Source: Psammoneis japonica (taxonomy: Eukaryota). Taken from it: a DNA stretch of 64,000 nt. Shown piece after piece: positions 61,082-64,000 of the stretch. Position numbers and translations under genes: made by a program. Under the pieces are notes generated by a model. That model had not been told where the DNA came from. It saw nothing but the letters and a program-made list of their open reading frames with translations, and made no database searches. The stretch lies in the NCBI GenBank assembly GCA_008632985.1, contig QPGO01000052.1, positions 372,001-436,000 of the forward strand, in the 5' to 3' direction. The number at the start of each line of letters is the position of its first letter. The stretch's first letter is position 1.

Positions 61082-64000
61082 TTTTCATTGACCACTCAGT
61101 GGTTGGTGATTGCAGACTTTTTCGTGTCGGTCCGGCAGTCGGGCAGTCGGGCAGTCGGGTTGTCCGTCTGAATTTGAAAGTGTGTCCCTCGGATTTTGGA
61201 ACGGGATGGGTTGTTTAGTACAGATGAATTCTTCGGATTCGTAGAATGATCATTGAGGACATGAGAGGTCGTGGGGACATCCTAAAAAATCGATAAATTC
61301 CCTACGACGGGTACGTGGCACGGTTTTTCAGGAGAGCTCGAAAGTTCTCAAAAATTGGGATTGCCGGCGTGGCATGTTGAAAAATGTATTTTAAGTTATA
61401 AACAAAGATAATTAATCGTGAATTCTACACGAAACAGTCATATTTGGGAAAACATATCGAACAATAAGTGAGTTTGTGCGATGCGCTATTATGGCGATAA
61501 ATTGGAAAAAAAAGAGTGTCCGTGCACCTCGCTACAGCCCCAAAAATGGCATGAGACATCAAACATGACGGTCATCCGCGTCACCGGTGCGGTGGCCACG
61601 CCACTCAGCCGCCACAATGCCGGCCCCGGCGGCAGGGCCCTGCGCACGTGCAGGCAACACAGCATGCAACGGCACACACCCACACCCACAAAAAGAAAGA
61701 CAAGTGGTCAATGCTCCCCGCAGGCCTGGTTTGTTTTGATGAAGAACGAAGACCAAACATTGATTGAAGATGCCGTCATTCAGTGCGTGCTTGCTGGTGG
61801 CGAAATCCGGGGCGCGCAGCTATGGGAGGGGCACGCCGTAGAAATCACGCAGGGACGAATTTTCTTGGATCGAAACGAGAGTTGCCTTAGTCGACAGAGG
61901 GTGTTACGGCGGTCTTAAAATGGGGGGCAACTTTTTCATTTGCCTTGCATTCGTCGTTGACGAGATCGATGAAGTGACCACAATTTTCCCGTGCTTTGCC
62001 GTGCAATCATCACTGAAAACATTTCGATTTTCCGAAAATCCTGCTGTCGCTCGTTTGCAGTTTTGGAATGTCGCTGCAACTTTTGTCATGCCGACACTGG
62101 CCAATGTCAAAAGCAGAGGCTCTCACGTCTCTAACAATGCATCCCCAAGTCACCTGACTCCGCAGTTGGAAAGAACGTGAAACGGTGCTTTTGTTGCTTT
62201 TGCCGCACTTCACCATGTGATCACGACTGAAAATCCTTGATGTCTCGTTTGCAGTTTTGGAGTGACATTGCGGCCATTGTGATGCCAAAAGTGACCAACA
62301 TCAAAAGCAGAATCAATCACGTCTCTGACAATGTGTCTGCCACTTCAGCTGCCTCTCCAGTTGCAGAGAACGACCAATGGCATCTTTCTCTCTTTCGCCG
62401 CACTTCGCCGTGCAAAAATCGCCGAGTGCCAACACACGCCCATTTCGCGGTGGAACTGAGTTCTCATTTCAAAGCACAATGAGCTCCACCATTTTGTTCT
62501 TTCTGCTTGTCTGTTCAGGACATGATTCTTTGCAGCTTCTGATGTTGGTGTCGGCAGAGGCGGTTTGATGGCAGGTTTGGAGAAGACTTTGTCACAAGAG
62601 AATGCAAGGCGTGGCTTGTTTGCAGGTTTGCCACGGGGCTTCCAAGGCAGAGGCAAGCCCTTCTTTCTGGCATCAACGCGTGCTCTTTTGTGCACTGTTT
62701 GCTTTGGCATCTTGTCTGTCTCATCCTTGGTCTTGTTGAACATGAAGATTCTCGCATGGCGCCCTCGTGTCATCGTCTGGTTCATCGACAGCAAGCATTT
62801 CCTTCGCATTCATGACACCAAAATCCATTCCAGACTCAAGGATTGCATGACTCAAGAACACGGCATGAGCTGATTTGCGGATTTTCGTTGCTCCTCGGAA
62901 TCCAAATGAAAGGTTTGAACTGCCACCAACAACCTTTGCATGCGGACACCGTTCCTTGATGGTCTTTGTTGTTGATGAGGTCGACTTGCAGTTGGCATGT
63001 TCCTCCATGCCGGCGCCAATTGTCGACGCATTGGGGTCACACACAATGTCTGTGCCCACTTCGTGAATGTCGTGCGAGCGCTTGCATGTCCAAACCTTGT
63101 CCTCCTTGGTCGCTGCATGTCCTTGTTCGTCAAATGCCATGTCTGCTGCTGCAGCACCGTGTTTCTCCAACCATGTCCAACCACCCATTGCTCTCCACAA
63201 TGTGCCTCTCAGTGGCGCTCTTCCTGTTGACATGGCCGAAAACGCAGTGTTGGAATGCTTGTTGCTTGTCGTGAACTTGGAGTCGATCGCTCTCAATGTC
63301 TCAGAGTCCAAGAGCCTAAAAATCCTTTTCTCAGAGCTTTCATCATGACAGCAAGTTGTTTGCTGACAGACCAAGTCTCTGTGGTCTTTGTTTCCAGCAC
63401 ATGACAAAACCATTTCTCGCGAAGGTGTCATTTGGATGACGGCATGATGTTCAGATGAGATGTGAGGTCATTTGCAGACATTTCAAAATCACTTGATGAA
63501 ACTGCCACCAAAAATCATGCTTCGGAGCCCCTCTCCTAATTCGATGACGGTGGACACGATGGCATCAAATGTGCATCTTTTCACGTTGATCCTGAGGGTG
63601 CAAAAGCAATGTGGTGCGAAACGGCATGTTTGTTGGTCAGGTGTCGACATTGTTTTTAATGTCTCAACCAAATCGTTGTTCGAGACAGCCCCTTGCAGCA
63701 TTCCACCTGATGAGATGATGGCGGATGCAACACTTTGAAGGGCTGTCTGAAACAGTGATTCTGAGGGTGCGAAAGCGATTTGGTGAGAAACGGCAGGTTG
63801 ACTTGGTGGTCGCTTGGCAAACGTTGTGGCGGGAGTTGGAAGCCCGGCCTTGTGCAAGCACTGGACATTGAATGTTTCAATGCAATGAGCAGGAACAACA
63901 CTCACGCGGAATGCAATCCTCACAGCTGCTGACACTCAAACCATGCAGAAAACCCCATGCAGCAAACAAGTGCACAGTCTTGCGAAGCATGTGAGTCCCG
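61082..64000. mobile_element. Probable non-autonomous element with a Helentron-like left end carrying gene fragments; TpA-depleted from ~61.5 kb; runs off the window
   Basis: T-run, short hairpin ACCACT-C-AGTGGT, tandem GGCAGTCG x3 and GTCCGTCTG, then a TpA-poor mosaic interior. Confidence 0.45.
62510..63170 (-). pseudogene. METH: Fragment of cobalamin-dependent methionine synthase (pterin-binding region), degenerate
   Basis: HGAAAADMAFDEQG, DIVCDPN, GMEEHANC, GGSSNLSFGFRG, AHAVFLSHAI..GMDFGVMNA resemble MetH YGAAVVVMAFDEQG, DIIFDPN, GIEEHNNY, GGVSNVSFSFRG, IHAVFLYYAI..GMDMGIVNA; frameshift near 62745. Confidence 0.88.

Noticed and set aside
23122..61160. CRISPR-like or prokaryotic defence arrays (short tandem repeats at ~23122-23157 and ~61134-61158)
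   Set aside because: Only 2-3 contiguous units, no spacers, eukaryotic context, no cas genes

Overview
Eukaryotic nuclear DNA, most likely a diatom (signal peptide + AF/SF plastid presequences, short GT-AG introns, diatom-type Ty1/copia elements). Compact gene islands (EndoG-like nuclease, DDAH, DJ-1, TAF6, PHT4-type transporter, Tim17-family protein, TMCO4/DUF726, MCCC2, BAG-UBL, PPTase, a selenocysteine glutaredoxin with SECIS, RPC25) alternate with repeat blocks (~5.4-8.9, 14.2-16.2, 19.6-33.2, 35.6-48.3, 61.5-64 kb) in which the dinucleotide TpA is almost erased and replaced by TpG/CpA. The main signal is this repeat-confined, both-strand TpA->TpG/CpA (A:T->G:C) conversion, opposite in direction to fungal RIP. 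It is visible between the two LTRs of a young full-length copia element (22009-29151), as systematic Tyr->Cys/His changes in two copia polyproteins and a methionine synthase fragment, and in a context bias among surviving TpA sites. A base-calling artefact at modified bases cannot be excluded from sequence alone. All counts are manual and approximate, no database searches were run, and novelty relative to the literature is unverified.
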